A DNA stretch of 64,000 bases from Hormiphora californensis. Its lineage: Eukaryota > Animalia > Ctenophora. The position numbers and the translations under genes were made by a program. This document shows positions 1 through 12,241 of the stretch, piece after piece (position 1 is the first letter of the stretch; each line of letters begins with the position of its first letter). The stretch covers positions 2,728,001-2,792,000 of the forward strand of contig CM035353.1 of assembly GCA_020137815.1 (NCBI GenBank). The letters are read 5' to 3'. The notes beneath the pieces are model-generated. The model worked only from the letters and a program-made list of their open reading frames with translations, did no database searches and was not told the origin of the DNA.

Positions 1-29
1 GTTCCTAACTCGGTGTATTTACATTCCTT

Positions 30-350
30 AGTAGTATAGTGTGCACAGTTGGGACCCCTTTTTCGTCCTAACTGAGGCACCATTTGTATGTGCATGTCAC
101 GTGACTTCTAATTACCAAAATTATGCGGCGCTGGCAAGAGTTGTTCACTAGGATATTAGGAGCTCCGGCAAGGGGCCGTGGAATTTATTTTGGCGCTGAC
201 AAGAGCCCTAATTCTTGTTTGAAATTTCTGTTTGAAATCACATTACACGAATTGTACCAGGTGTTCTGTTATAAATAATGTTTTAACGTTCCGGTGACTT
301 TCCTATTATAGAAAGGAACACGATATGAACAGCGGGTAACGGAAAGAATA
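30..350 (+). repeat. Left terminal inverted repeat of the Polinton
   Basis: Reverse complement of about 17890-18215. Confidence 0.93.
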
Positions 351-546
351 GAAACGTCCGACCCATATAACACGTTATAAGTTACACTATACTAACACAC
401 AAATAAATACGCATGCAAAGTTATATACGTACCAGCGGTGTTGTGATAAAGTGTTCACTGGAACAAAACATCTGTGTGTTTGTAAAAACAAATTAAGAGA
501 CTGGTTTTGTTTTAAAAAAAAATAACAAAATTAATTTCTTACAACT

Positions 547-1299
547 TTAATTTTCATCTTCTAAATCTTTTAAAAGTAGTAACGTCTTTTCAATAACATC
601 GAAAATATTTGCAAACTCTTTAGTATATTTTAAAAACAATTTTTTAACATCTTCAATGCTCTTCTTGTCAATTATTTTAATCAATTTTCGTTCTTTTTCG
701 TTCAATCTTATTCGCTGAAAAACAACAAGTGGAATCACCCCATACTTTAACCCAGTAAACAAAGTTTTTATAGATTGTAAAAGTTCGTTATTGCGTGCCA
801 CTTTTGTAAATTTCTTCTGAGAAATCAATCGACTAAGTTCTAGAAAATCTTCTATACTTTTATTATTAATTATGGAATTGGAAAAATCATTAAAAGTACT
901 GTCCTTAAAATTAGTAATAAATTCATCGATTTGCTTTTCAAACAATTTAATGCGACTCAAATGCTGTTTCGACTCCATCAGTTTGGTTTTGTATAGACGT
1001 TCAAACTTGCGAGCCTGTTGATCTCGCAGTTGGTACAACTCCTTGTAATTTGGAATTTTCGTAGGTTCTATAGTGGAGTTCTTTTCTTCTCTATCCATAT
1101 CTCCAGGTTTGTTATCACTACTATCGTCTGTAACTATATAATTGGTGCCGTCTAGTGTAGCATTTTCAATAGGGGTAGTAGTAGTATTTTCAATAGGGGT
1201 TTCATTGTTATGATCACGGTTTTTGTGGTCAAGGAGCTCATAAAAGAAGGGAAACGATTTGTCGCACAAGTCACAAGCTTGAGTTGTATAGCAAGACAT
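547..1299 (-). CDS. Polinton-borne protein with N-terminal C2H2 zinc finger and helical C-terminal part
   Basis: Uninterrupted 250-aa ORF. CDLCDKSFPFFYELLDHKNRDH fits C-x2-C-x12-H-x4-H. Confidence 0.7.
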   Translation of the reverse strand: MSCYTTQACDLCDKSFPFFYELLDHKNRDHNNETPIENTTTTPIENATLDGTNYIVTDDSSDNKPGDMDREEKNSTIEPTKIPNYKELYQLRDQQARKFERLYKTKLMESKQHLSRIKLFEKQIDEFITNFKDSTFNDFSNSIINNKSIEDFLELSRLISQKKFTKVARNNELLQSIKTLFTGLKYGVIPLVVFQRIRLNEKERKLIKIIDKKSIEDVKKLFLKYTKEFANIFDVIEKTLLLLKDLEDEN

Positions 1300-4200
1300 T
1301 TTGTTTTGTTATACAGCTCACCTTTCTCGTTTCACGAGCGATTTTGGGCTTGCCCTCGAACCCACGAACCACCTCATGGTATTATACCAGCGACTAAACC
1401 ATAGTTTACATTTAACCTCTATTAAGTCCTCTCTTCTTCTCTCACAGTAAGAGAACAAAACAGCAACTATATCTCTCAATTTCCCGCAAAATTTCTCTCT
1501 CACTCGCATGAGATTAACTCTCTCTCTCTCTCCCCTTCCATAGTTCAAGATTCGTTCTCTCTCTCTCCCCCCACTACGCGATATCGATCACGCACTAATT
1601 AAGAATTCCATTTTCCTTCCTACCTCAGTTGTATAGCAAGACATTTTGTTTTGTTATACAGCTCACCTTTCTCGTTTCACGAGCGATTTTGGGCTTGCCC
1701 TCGAACCCACGAACCACCTCATGGTATTATACCAGCGACTAAACCATAGTTTACATTTAACCTCTATTAAGTCCTCTCTTCTTCTCTCACAGTAAGAGAA
1801 CAAAACAGCAACTATATCTCTCAATTTCCCGCAAAATTTCTCTCTCACTCGCATGAGATTAACTCTCTCTCTCTCTCCCCTTCCATAGTTCAAGATTCGT
1901 TCTCTCTCTCTCCCCCCACTACGCGATATCGATCACGCACTAATTAAGAATTCCATTTTCCTTCCTACCTCAGTTGTATAGCAAGACATTTTGTTTTGTT
2001 ATACAGCTCACCTTTCTCGTTTCACGAGCGATTTTGGGCTTGCCCTCGAACCCACGAACCACCTCATGGTATTATACCAGCGACTAAACCATAGTTTACA
2101 TTTAACCTCTATTAAGTCCTCTCTTCTTCTCTCACAGTAAGAGAACAAAACAGCAACTATATCTCTCAATTTCCCGCAAAATTTCTCTCTCACTCGCATG
2201 AGATTAACTCTCTCTCTCTCTCCCCTTCCATAGTTCAAGATTCGTTCTCTCTCTCTCCCCCCACTACGCGATATCGATCACGCACTAATTAAGAATTCCA
2301 TTTTCCTTCCTACCTCAGTTGTATAGCAAGACATTTTGTTTTGTTATACAGCTCACCTTTCTCGTTTCACGAGCGATTTTGGGCTTGCCCTCGAACCCAC
2401 GAACCACCTCATGGTATTATACCAGCGACTAAACCATAGTTTACATTTAACCTCTATTAAGGGTACGCTAACCAAAAATTTTTTTCGAGTGCAGGGAAAT
2501 CTCTCACCGTAGGGTTGTAGGCCATGCCAAGGAGACCTCAAATATGCAATTTGAGCCCTTAAGTCGAATTCATATTTTTGCTACAGCTGTTTAAAAAATG
2601 TCCTGTAAATACGTTTTTGGCATCTCAAAATTTTTTTTCTAAAGATAGGAGCATGAAAATTTGGGGATTTGAAGAGGATATGAAGGTGAATAACCACAAA
2701 AAAAATTTTTGCAATCCGAGCTGATTTCCGGTCCTGAGATGGATTTCTTTTTTTCCACTTTAACGCCCTATTTGGCAAAGTTCCGAAAACATGTGAAAGC
2801 TGTAAATTGGTGAAAAGTTGCGTCTAACGATTATCTAAGTGGCCATAAATTTTGGGCGTGTCCTTATTTGAGATAAGCTGTACAGAGTTTTTTTTGTGAA
2901 AGCCGTCATTTCAGAAATAAATAAATTCCCTGTATCTCAAAAACGACTGATCGTAGAGACCTGAGACTATGCTTAAACGATTCAGAAGGTCCGATTTTGG
3001 GGGGGTCTTCTGAGAGACATTTTGCTCCTACTTCAACCGTTTTTGCTGTAATTGCGAAAAACAAATTCTATGAAAAGGGCAAAAGCTAAACTCCAATATC
3101 CTGTAATTAGGGAATTTTAGCTAAGAAAGGACCGAAACTATGGAAAAGTGTGTAACAAGCTAATTCCTTCACTATTTGGTCCATATGGGTCCCTATAATC
3201 ACCAAAAACAAAATCACAAAAAATCCACGATGGCAAAGATGGGTTTTTGTTTTTCGCAATTACAGCAAAAACGGTTGAAGTAGGAGCAAAATGTCTCTCA
3301 GAAGACCCCCCCAAAATCGGACCTTCTGAATCGTTTAAGCATAGTCTCAGGTCTCTACGATCAGTCGTTTTTGAGATACAGGGAATTTATTTATTTCTGA
3401 AATGACGGCTTTCACAAAAAAAAACTCTGTACAGCTTATCTCAAATAAGGACACGCCCAAAATTTATGGCCACTTAGATAATCGTTAGACGCAACTTTTC
3501 ACCAATTTACAGCTTTCACATGTTTTCGGAACTTTGCCAAATAGGGCGTTAAAGTGGAAAAAAAGAAATCCATCTCAGGACCGGAAATCAGCTCGGATTG
3601 CAAAAATTTTTTTTGTGGTTATTCACCTTCATATCCTCTTCAAATCCCCAAATTTTCATGCTCCTATCTTTAGAAAAAAAATTTTGAGATGCCAAAAACG
3701 TATTTACAGGACATTTTTTAAACAGCTGTAGCAAAAATATGAATTCGACTTAAGGGCTCAAATTGCATATTTGAGGTCTCCTTGGCATGGCCTACAACCC
3801 TACGGTGAGAGATTTCCCTGCACTCGAAAAAAATTTTTGGTTAGCGTACCCTTAAGTCCTCTCTTCTTCTCTCACAGTAAGAGAACAAAACAGCAACTAT
3901 ATCTCTCAATTTCCCGCAAAATTTCTCTCTCACTCGCATGAGATTAACTCTCTCTCTCTCTCCCCTTCCATAGTTCAAGATTCGTTCTCTCTCTCTCCCC
4001 CCACTACGCGATATCGATCACGCACTAATTAAGAATTCCATTTTCCTTCCTACCTCAGTTGTATAGCAAGACATTTTGTTTTGTTATACAGCTCACCTTT
4101 CTCGTTTCACGAGCGATTTTGGGCTTGCCCTCGAACCCACGAACCACCTCATGGTATTATACCAGCGACTAAACCATAGTTTACATTTAACCTCTATTAA

Positions 4201-6420
4201 GTCCTCTCTTCTTCTCTCACAGTAAGAGAACAAAACAGCAACTATATCTCTCAATTTCCCGCAAAATTTCTCTCTCACTCGCATGAGATTAACTCTCTCT
4301 CTCTCTCCCCTTCCATAGTTCAAGATTCGTTCTCTCTCTCTCCCCCCACTACGCGATATCGATCACGCACTAATTAAGAATTCCATTTTCCTTCCTACCT
4401 CAGTTGTATAGCAAGACATTTTGTTTTGTTATACAGCTCACCTTTCTCGTTTCACGAGCGATTTTGGGCTTGCCCTCGAACCCACGAACCACCTCATGGT
4501 ATTATACCAGCGACTAAACCATAGTTTACATTTAACCTCTATTAAGTCCTCTCTTCTTCTCTCACAGTAAGAGAACAAAACAGCAACTATATCTCTCAAT
4601 TTCCCGCAAAATTTCTCTCTCACTCGCATGAGATTAACTCTCTCTCTCTCTCCCCTTCCATAGTTCAAGATTCGTTCTCTCTCTCTCCCCCCACTACGCG
4701 ATATCGATCACGCACTAATTAAGAATTCCATTTTCCTTCCTACCTCAGTTGTATAGCAAGACATTTTGTTTTGTTATACAGCTCACCTTTCTCGTTTCAC
4801 GAGCGATTTTGGGCTTGCCCTCGAACCCACGAACCACCTCATGGTATTATACCAGCGACTAAACCATAGTTTACATTTAACCTCTATTAAGTCCTCTCTT
4901 CTTCTCTCACAGTAAGAGAACAAAACAGCAACGATATCTCTCAATTTCCCGCAAAATTTCTCTCTCACTCGCATGAGATTAACTCTCTCTCTCTCTCCCC
5001 TTCCATAGTTCAAGATTCGTTCTCTCTCTCTCCCCCCACTACGCGATATCGATCACGCACTAATTAAGAATTCCATTTTCCTTCCTACCTCAGTTGTATA
5101 GCAAGACATTTTGTTTTGTTATACAGCTCACCTTTCTCGTTTCACGAGCGATTTTGGGCTTGCCCTCGAACCCACGAACCACCTCATGGTATTATACCAG
5201 CGACTAACCATAGTTTACATTTAACCTCTATTAAGTCCTCTCTTCTTCTCTCACAGTAAGAGAACAAAACAGCAACTATATCTCTCAATTTCCCGCAAAA
5301 TTTCTCTCTCACTCGCATGAGATTAACTCTCTCTCTCTCTCCCCTTCCATAGTTCAAGATTCGTTCTCTCTCTCTCCCCCCACTACGCGATATCGATCAC
5401 GCACTAATTAAGAATTCCATTTTCCTTCCTACCTCAGTTGTATAGCAAGCTTTGTTTTTTTTATACGCCACTTTCTCGTTCACTATGATTTGGGCTTGCC
5501 CTCGAACCCACAACCACCTCATGTATTATACCAGCGACTAAACCAAGTTTTACATTTAACCTCTATAAGTCCTCTCTTCTTCTCTCACAGTAAGAGAACA
5601 AAACAGCAACTATATCTCTCAATTTCCCGCAAATTATTCTCTCTCACCGCATGAGATTAACTCTCTCTCTCTCTCTCCCCTTCCATATTCAAGATTCGTC
5701 TCTCTCTCTCTCCCCCCACTACGCGATATCGATCACGCACTAATTAAGAATTCATTTTCCTTCCTACCTCAGTTGTATAGCAAGACATTTTGTTTTGTTA
5801 TACAGCTCACCTTTCTCGTTTCACGACGATTTTGGGCTTGCCCTCGAACCCACGAACCACCCATGTATTATACCAGCGACTAACCCTAGTTTACATTTAA
5901 CCTCTATTACTCCTCTCTTCTTCTCTCCAGTAAGAGAACAAAACAGCAACGATATCTCTCAATTTCCCGCAAATTTCTCCTCCTCACTCGCATGAATTAA
6001 ACTCTCTCTCTCTCTCCCTCCCCCTTCCAAGTGTCAAGATTCCGTTCTCTCTCTCTCCCCCCCACGTACGCCGATATCGATCACGCACTAATTAAGAATT
6101 CCATTTTCCTTCCTACCTCAGTTGTATAGCAAGACATTTTGTTTTGTTATACAGCTCACCTTTCTCGTTTCACGAGCGATTTGTTGGGCTTGCCCTCGAA
6201 CCCACGACCACCTCATGGTATTATACCAGCGACTAAACCATAGTTTACATTTAAACCTCTATTAAGTCCTCTCTTCTCTCTCACAGAAGAGAACAAACAC
6301 ACGATATCTCTCAATTTCCCGCAAAATTTCTCTCTCACTCGCATGAGATTAACTCTCCTCCTCTCTCTCCCCTTCCATAGTTCAAGATTCGTTCTCCTCT
6401 CTCCCCCCCCCCTACGCGAT
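1282..6420. repeat. 345-bp tandem array, about 11 copies
   Basis: Unit starts AGTTGTATAGCAAGACA at 1282, 1627, 1972, 2317, 4057, 4402, 4747, 5092, ~5436, ~5771 and ~6120. Copy 4 is interrupted by an insertion. Confidence 0.97.
2461..3851. mobile_element. Non-autonomous foldback element, Kolobok-like
   Basis: TTAA duplicated at 2457-2460 and 3852-3855. Termini GGG...CCC fit the Kolobok RR...YY rule rather than piggyBac CC...GG. Arms about 605 bp, spacer about 180 bp. Confidence 0.85.
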
Positions 6421-7439
6421 AACCCTCCACCCGCCCCGAACCGCCCCCGCCCACCACCAATATATACATACTAAACAAAACTGTTGACTGAGACACAATC
6501 CTTGCTAGTTCAGCCTTCTAACCTAATCGGACTTAATTGATCCTAATCAGACATCGTCTCACATTACACATATAATATATACACGCGGTAGCCATCAAGC
6601 TAATCGAGAAAGCAAATAAACTCAAGAACCAAGAGACAAGATCAGAAAGAACTCATCCCCACCTGTCGCAGGGATAGAGACCAAAGATCCAAGACTCATA
6701 GGGAAGAAAATCAATATCCTGCGACTCTCGAAGGAGTTACCCTCCCGAACCCGAAGCCCTATATGAACCTGTCCTGTGGGCATTTCCTGATGGTGGGGGA
6801 GGGGAGGGGGCTATTCTCCTAGTGCCGGGCGATATCGCTTTGCGATAGTCCCCTGTGGGCTTGCCGTTGGCAAGCCCAGGCACTCCGTAGATAGATAGAT
6901 AGAAGTCACAAGCTTTCATGTTGTGAACAAATGAGTCAATTTGCTCCTTTATATACCCCCATGGGTTGAAAATTATTTACTGCAATTAGGACATTTATTT
7001 TCACATTCCGGAAACAGCTTGTTCATATATTATTACCAATTCTGGGTTCTGATTTAGCATTTCACGAATCTCAAATAATAACATAGATCCTTTAATGCGT
7101 TCACCAGTAAGCTTCACGCTCTGTTAGTTCAGCATTACTGACATCAAGTCGTTAAGATCTTGTTTTAAAGCAAACAATGCAGTAAGCTTTGATATTTTGG
7201 GACAGAAATTCACCATCTGATACTTTGAGAGTGAGTCAGATTCTGAGTCTGACATGTTGTCTGAAACCCATTGCCTCGGCATTTCAAGTTGAACGCGTTT
7301 TTGAAACAGACATGATAAGAAATGAGCTGACACAATTAGTGCTTTCTTTTATAGTCCCATTCTACATGATCACTGTGAATTAGTTTCCACTTTCCGGTAC
7401 CATCTTTAAAAATAACACAAAAACAATTTGTTTTGTACG

Positions 7440-9085
7440 TTCAGGTTGAATTTACTGTTCCAGTGCTGTTCCTTTCTAATTTGTATTGTTCCAGATTGTT
7501 TCTTTTTTAGTTTATACTGTTCCAGTTCTGTTCCTTTCTATTTTGTATTGTTCCAGAGTTGTTTCTTTTTTAGTTATAACTGTTCCAGTGTTTTCCTGTC
7601 TATTTGTGCTGTTCTTGTGTAATGAAAAGCGTTCCGTTTAACTAATTACTGTTCCAGTGCTGTTCCTGTCTAATTTGCACTGTTTTTGTCTATGCAAAAG
7701 GTTTCCGTCGAACTTAATTGATATTCCCTTTCTAATTTTTACCGTTCCGCCTTATGTAAAACACGTTCCGTCGAACTTAATTGCTGTTCCTTTCTAATTT
7801 GTACTGTTCCTGTCTAATGTAAAGTGTTCCGTCGAACTTAATTGCTGTTCCTTTCTTTTTTGTACTGTTCCTGTCTATTGTAAAAGTGTTCCGTCGAACT
7901 TAATTGCTGTTCCTGTCTAATTTTTACTGTTTCCTGTGTAATGAAAAGCGTTCCGTTAAACTTAATTACTGTTCCAGTTTTGTTCCTTTCTAATTTTTAC
8001 TGTTCCTGTCTAATGCAAAAGTGTTTCCGTCGAACTAATTGCTGTTCCTTTCTAATTTGTACTGTTCCTGTCTAAAGTAAAAGTGTTCCGTCGAACTTAA
8101 TTGCTGTTCCTTTCTAATTTGTACTGTTCCTGTCCTAATGTAAAAGTGTTCCGTCGAACTTAATTGCTGTTCCTTTCTTTTTTTGTACTGTTCCTGTCTT
8201 ATATAAAAGTGTTCCGTCGAACTTAATTACTGTTCCTTTCTAATTTGTACTGTTCCTGTCTAATGTAAAAGTGTTTACGTCGAACTTAATTACTGTTCCT
8301 TTCTATTTTGTACTGTTCCTGCTAATGTAAAAGTGTTCCGTCGAACTTAATTGCTGTTCCTTTCTTTTTTGTACTGTCTCTATCTAATGTAAAGTGTTCC
8401 GTCGAACTATTGCTGTTCCTGTCTAATTTTTATTTACTGTTCCTTGAATGAAGAAAAAGCGTTCCGTTAAACTTATACTGTTCCAGTGTTGTTCCTTTCA
8501 ATTTTGTACTGTTCCTGTCTAAAGTAAAAGTGTTCCGTCGAACTAATTGCTGTTCCTTTCTATTTGTACTGTTCCTGTCTAATGTAAAAGTGTTCCGTCG
8601 AACTTCATTGCTGTTCCTTTCTTTTTTGTACTGTTCCTGTCTTATGTAAAAGTGTTCCGTCGAACTTAATAACTGTTACTTTCTATTTTTACTGTTCCTG
8701 TCTAATGTAAAAGTGTTCCGTCGAACTTAATTACTGTTCCAGTGTTGTTTCCTTTCTAATTTTTACTGTTCCTGTCTAATGCAAAATGTTTCCGTCGACT
8801 AAAATTGCTATATTCCTTTCTAATTTTTACTGTCCCTGTCTAATGTAAAAGTGTTCCGTCGAACTAATTGCTATTCCTTTCCAATTTTTACTGTTCCTGT
8901 CTAATGTAAAAGTGTTCCGTCGAACTTAATTGCTGTTCCTTTCTAATTTTTACTGTTCCTGTCTTATGTAAAAGTGTTCCGTCGAACTTAATTACTGTTC
9001 CTTTCTATTTTGTACTGTTCCTGTCTAATGTAAAAGTGTTCCGTCGAACTTAAACCGTTCTGTCTTGTCAAATTACTGTTCCAGT
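7440..9085. repeat. ~62-bp tandem array built from TGTTCC sub-repeats
   Basis: Unit TTGCTGTTCCTTTCTAATTTGTACTGTTCCTGTCTAATGTAAAAGTGTTCCGTCGAACTTAA repeated more than 20 times; the left end is degenerate. Confidence 0.95.
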
Positions 9086-9177
9086 GCTTTTCCTTAAAAA
9101 TGACACGTCGATAACTGAAGTAGAACATACCTTTGCCTATATAAACCGCTGTTACCATAATTGTTACCACTATAATC

Positions 9178-9615
9178 ATGGACTCGTTTCTAGATACTGT
9201 GCCCATCAAGTTCTGGGAGTTGTACCGCAAAAATTGGTCAACTATTCGTCAGCGCACCACAAAAGGCAAACTAAAAGATATTTATCATTTTCCACTGTCA
9301 CCGACTGATAGGATTTTTGGCAAACTAGATAAAGTCTTGGAAAACTATCAGAATGATATAAAACTGAATGTCGCATTCGGCTTTGTTATGACAAATAAAC
9401 TTACAGGTGAATCCAAATTTTATCACCCTTCTAACAACACAATGGTTTTTGAGACTGCTCAATTAATTTCTGGACGGGAAGACGTTAAAAAAGTGAAAGA
9501 AAATATTGAACGGGAAGATCTGCTAGAAATAGCAAGGAGTTCACGCCCATCTACAGCATGGAAAGTGGAAGCTGTGGTGTGTATTAGATTTGATGTAATG
9601 AGGATTCAATTTTGA
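9178..9615 (+). CDS. Stand-alone paralog of the pPolB N-terminal (putative terminal-protein) domain
   Basis: 145-aa ORF. IKLNVAFGFVMTNKLTGESKFYHPSNNTMVFETAQLI aligns by eye with FKIKISLGMILYNNRTDEFCYYHPSQNNQLLFDAAKLI at 12641-12943. RPSTAWK matches RPSSSWS. Confidence 0.8.
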   Translation: MDSFLDTVPIKFWELYRKNWSTIRQRTTKGKLKDIYHFPLSPTDRIFGKLDKVLENYQNDIKLNVAFGFVMTNKLTGESKFYHPSNNTMVFETAQLISGREDVKKVKENIEREDLLEIARSSRPSTAWKVEAVVCIRFDVMRIQF

Positions 9616-11152
9616 TATAACTGATAACATGAATTACTTTATTTTTAAAATCCGTTGTTTTGCTTGTCTTAAATGGACTGTAGCTCGATCAATAACAATA
9701 ATTATGTACTGGATCACCTGCTCTGTAGTATGAGAGAGAAGGGGGAGGGGTGTAAATATTTATTTAGTACGGTAGTGTAAACACACAGTGCTCTATGTGG
9801 TCCCCCCTATAGAGAGATATCTCTTTGCGTGACATGAACAGGATTTTAAGTCACCCACAGAGATAGATTTTATCTCTAGTCAGATAATAGTATAAAGATC
9901 GGTCCAAACCCCATAATCCCCATCAGTTCTTTCATTGATCGCCTACCTCCCTACCAAACAGCCCTACAAACTCAACTACAACCGCACTGTACTGCAGTGG
10001 AGTACCATCGAAGTTCTTTCAACAGCTACACTACCGTCTGTGGATCACTTTCAAGGTGTTAAAATTGAGATTACTAGTCCAAGAGTAGTAGTACGATGTA
10101 ACAGTGACTTATGTGATTCCAGTTCTGTAAATACACAATTTGACAGGTGACAAGTCCCGGGTTTGCTATAACTGTCGTGCAGTTGTTAATATGGGTAGAT
10201 ATGTATGTATGTTTATGACTATTATCTCATAACTCTCACCTCTCTCTCGCTGAGTTAAGAATTAAGTTTCTTACTTTCTTACTGAGTGAGAAGAGATTAA
10301 GCGAACATAACAATACACTGTACATGACCAGGTGCATCCTATAGGTGGGACCCCATACCCGCTAGGCAGTATTATTCCTTATTTGGAATAAGGACTTTTA
10401 CCGTCAACATCCTGTATGTAGATGGATCAAAAACCTGAAACGTATAAAAACCCTAAGACGATCACTTTCTGGCTACCTTTTTCGGTCAATCCAACCACAG
10501 ACGCTGCAGCCCTGCCCCTCCAGACGGAAATCTCTTGTACAAGAAGCAGTTTTTAACTCCCGGAAATCAGTTCCTGTTCTTTATCTTTTGAGCGGAGCTT
10601 TTGTCTACTGTAGTTGTCAACTGCTCTTCGTTGCTTGTTTTACACCCCTCTATAATGCAGCAGTAGCTTACCTTAGACAGCCCAAGTTGTGGTATATGAA
10701 ATTAAGCAGCATGCTTTGTAAGACTGTTTATTTGTTGTAGTAAAACAACACAGTCGGACCTTGATATTAAACAAACCTCAAAATAGTATTACTGATTTTC
10801 CACTGTGTAATATAATTTACGACTACCTTCGTTCACCCTCTCTCCCTATTTTGGTAAAATGATCTCTCCCACTCTCGGTAATATTGTTCTTGTGTGCGAG
10901 ATTGAGAGTTCCCAAATATGCTTGTTGTTGTACAGTGTTGTCCTTTTACCATAATTCACTTAAATTTTGATTCATTTACCAGTGGCAATTGGCTAATAAT
11001 AATAGCCGTCAAGCATGAGAGTGTCATGATGTGTGGGAGAGAGACATGATAAGTAACTGAGAAAGATATTGAGTCTGTATTAAGACATCATGTTACCTTA
11101 CAGCAGGTGTGGAGAGAGACAGAAAGAGGGATGGAGCTAGAAGCAAGAATGA

Positions 11153-11210
<58 letters not shown>

Positions 11211-12241
11211 AGAGAGAGCGGAACAGAGGAGAGAGAAAGAGAAATAAAGAGAAACACAACTGGAAGATGAGATCATCATTTGAGAGGTATAGATCAGAGA
11301 AGTAGACCAATTACAAGTCCGGACTGCTTGCTCCTAATACTGCAGGAGAGAGAGTGAGGGAGAGAGTGAGAGAGAATGAGAGAGAGAGAGAGAAGGGAGA
11401 GAGAGAGAGTGAGAACAAACATTCTGTCATTCGCTCAACTTCCTTCCCCCACCCCCCCAGGCTTTACTCCCGTTCCTTCCTCTCTCACCCTTACCTACCC
11501 CTCTTCCCCCACGTCTTTCTCTCCCTACGCAGCCCAAGCGAGTCTCGTCTGATAAGCAATTAACCTCCATACTCCATCCCTACCAAAACAATTGATAGAA
11601 AGAGAGAGAGACTCAGAATCCCTTGAAAATACTGCGTAATTGCAAATGTCACTTTCACAATTATGAACTAATTCGAGATTCAACACTGCACATTACAACA
11701 ACACTTGTTTGACAGCTGGCTAATTATAGTGGGTCGCGACAAAAGAGTAATTATCCAACCTACCACCTACCCCATACCCTACAGGACATTTATTGACATT
11801 GCAGTCTAATTGTGGTTTTTGGAGTAGGGGGGAGAGAGGAGAGAGAGAGAGAGAGAGTTAATACCTTTCTTGTGTAGTTTACTTGATAAAATATATTGCA
11901 AGCATCTGTAGATTGTTTTCTCGTCTGAATCGTTTGTCCAATTGTTTGTTTATTCAACTAACATCTGCTTACTGCATATTTTAGTGTTTTAGTATGGTTG
12001 AAATAAAGGAGAATAATTCAAACCAAATCCTTGCTGGTCTGATGTTGAGTCCAGTTTTACTCATCTTCGTCCTGTTTATGATGTTCGCTGGGAAGAGAAA
12101 GGTAGTTTTACACTTAGTTTGTAGCAATAATCGTTTAGTGTACATAAAATTCTCCATTTGTTTTGGCCCGGCTCATCATTTGTTTCCCTCAGAGATCGCC
12201 TGGTGGTTCTGGTAGTTCTGGTGATGATATTGAAAGTTGCC

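Noticed and set aside
1340-1405. tRNA- or VA-RNA-like A/B boxes in the satellite (TAGTCGCTGG...GGTTCGAG)
   Set aside because: Boxes are imperfect, no cloverleaf is evident and there is no oligo-T terminator.
1318-5013. Repeated 76-aa ORFs (MNYGRGERER...)
   Set aside because: By-products of the 345-bp satellite, with a non-ATG start and GA-tract translation.
5200-6420. Apparent divergence gradient along the array
   Set aside because: Differences are mostly scattered 1-nt indels, typical of uncorrected long-read error.
7000-7255. Possible small minus-strand gene (MSDSESD...AVSGM)
   Set aside because: Contains an in-frame stop and no recognisable motif.
7440-9085. CRISPR-like appearance of the repeat arrays
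   Set aside because: No unique spacers and no cas genes; eukaryotic context.
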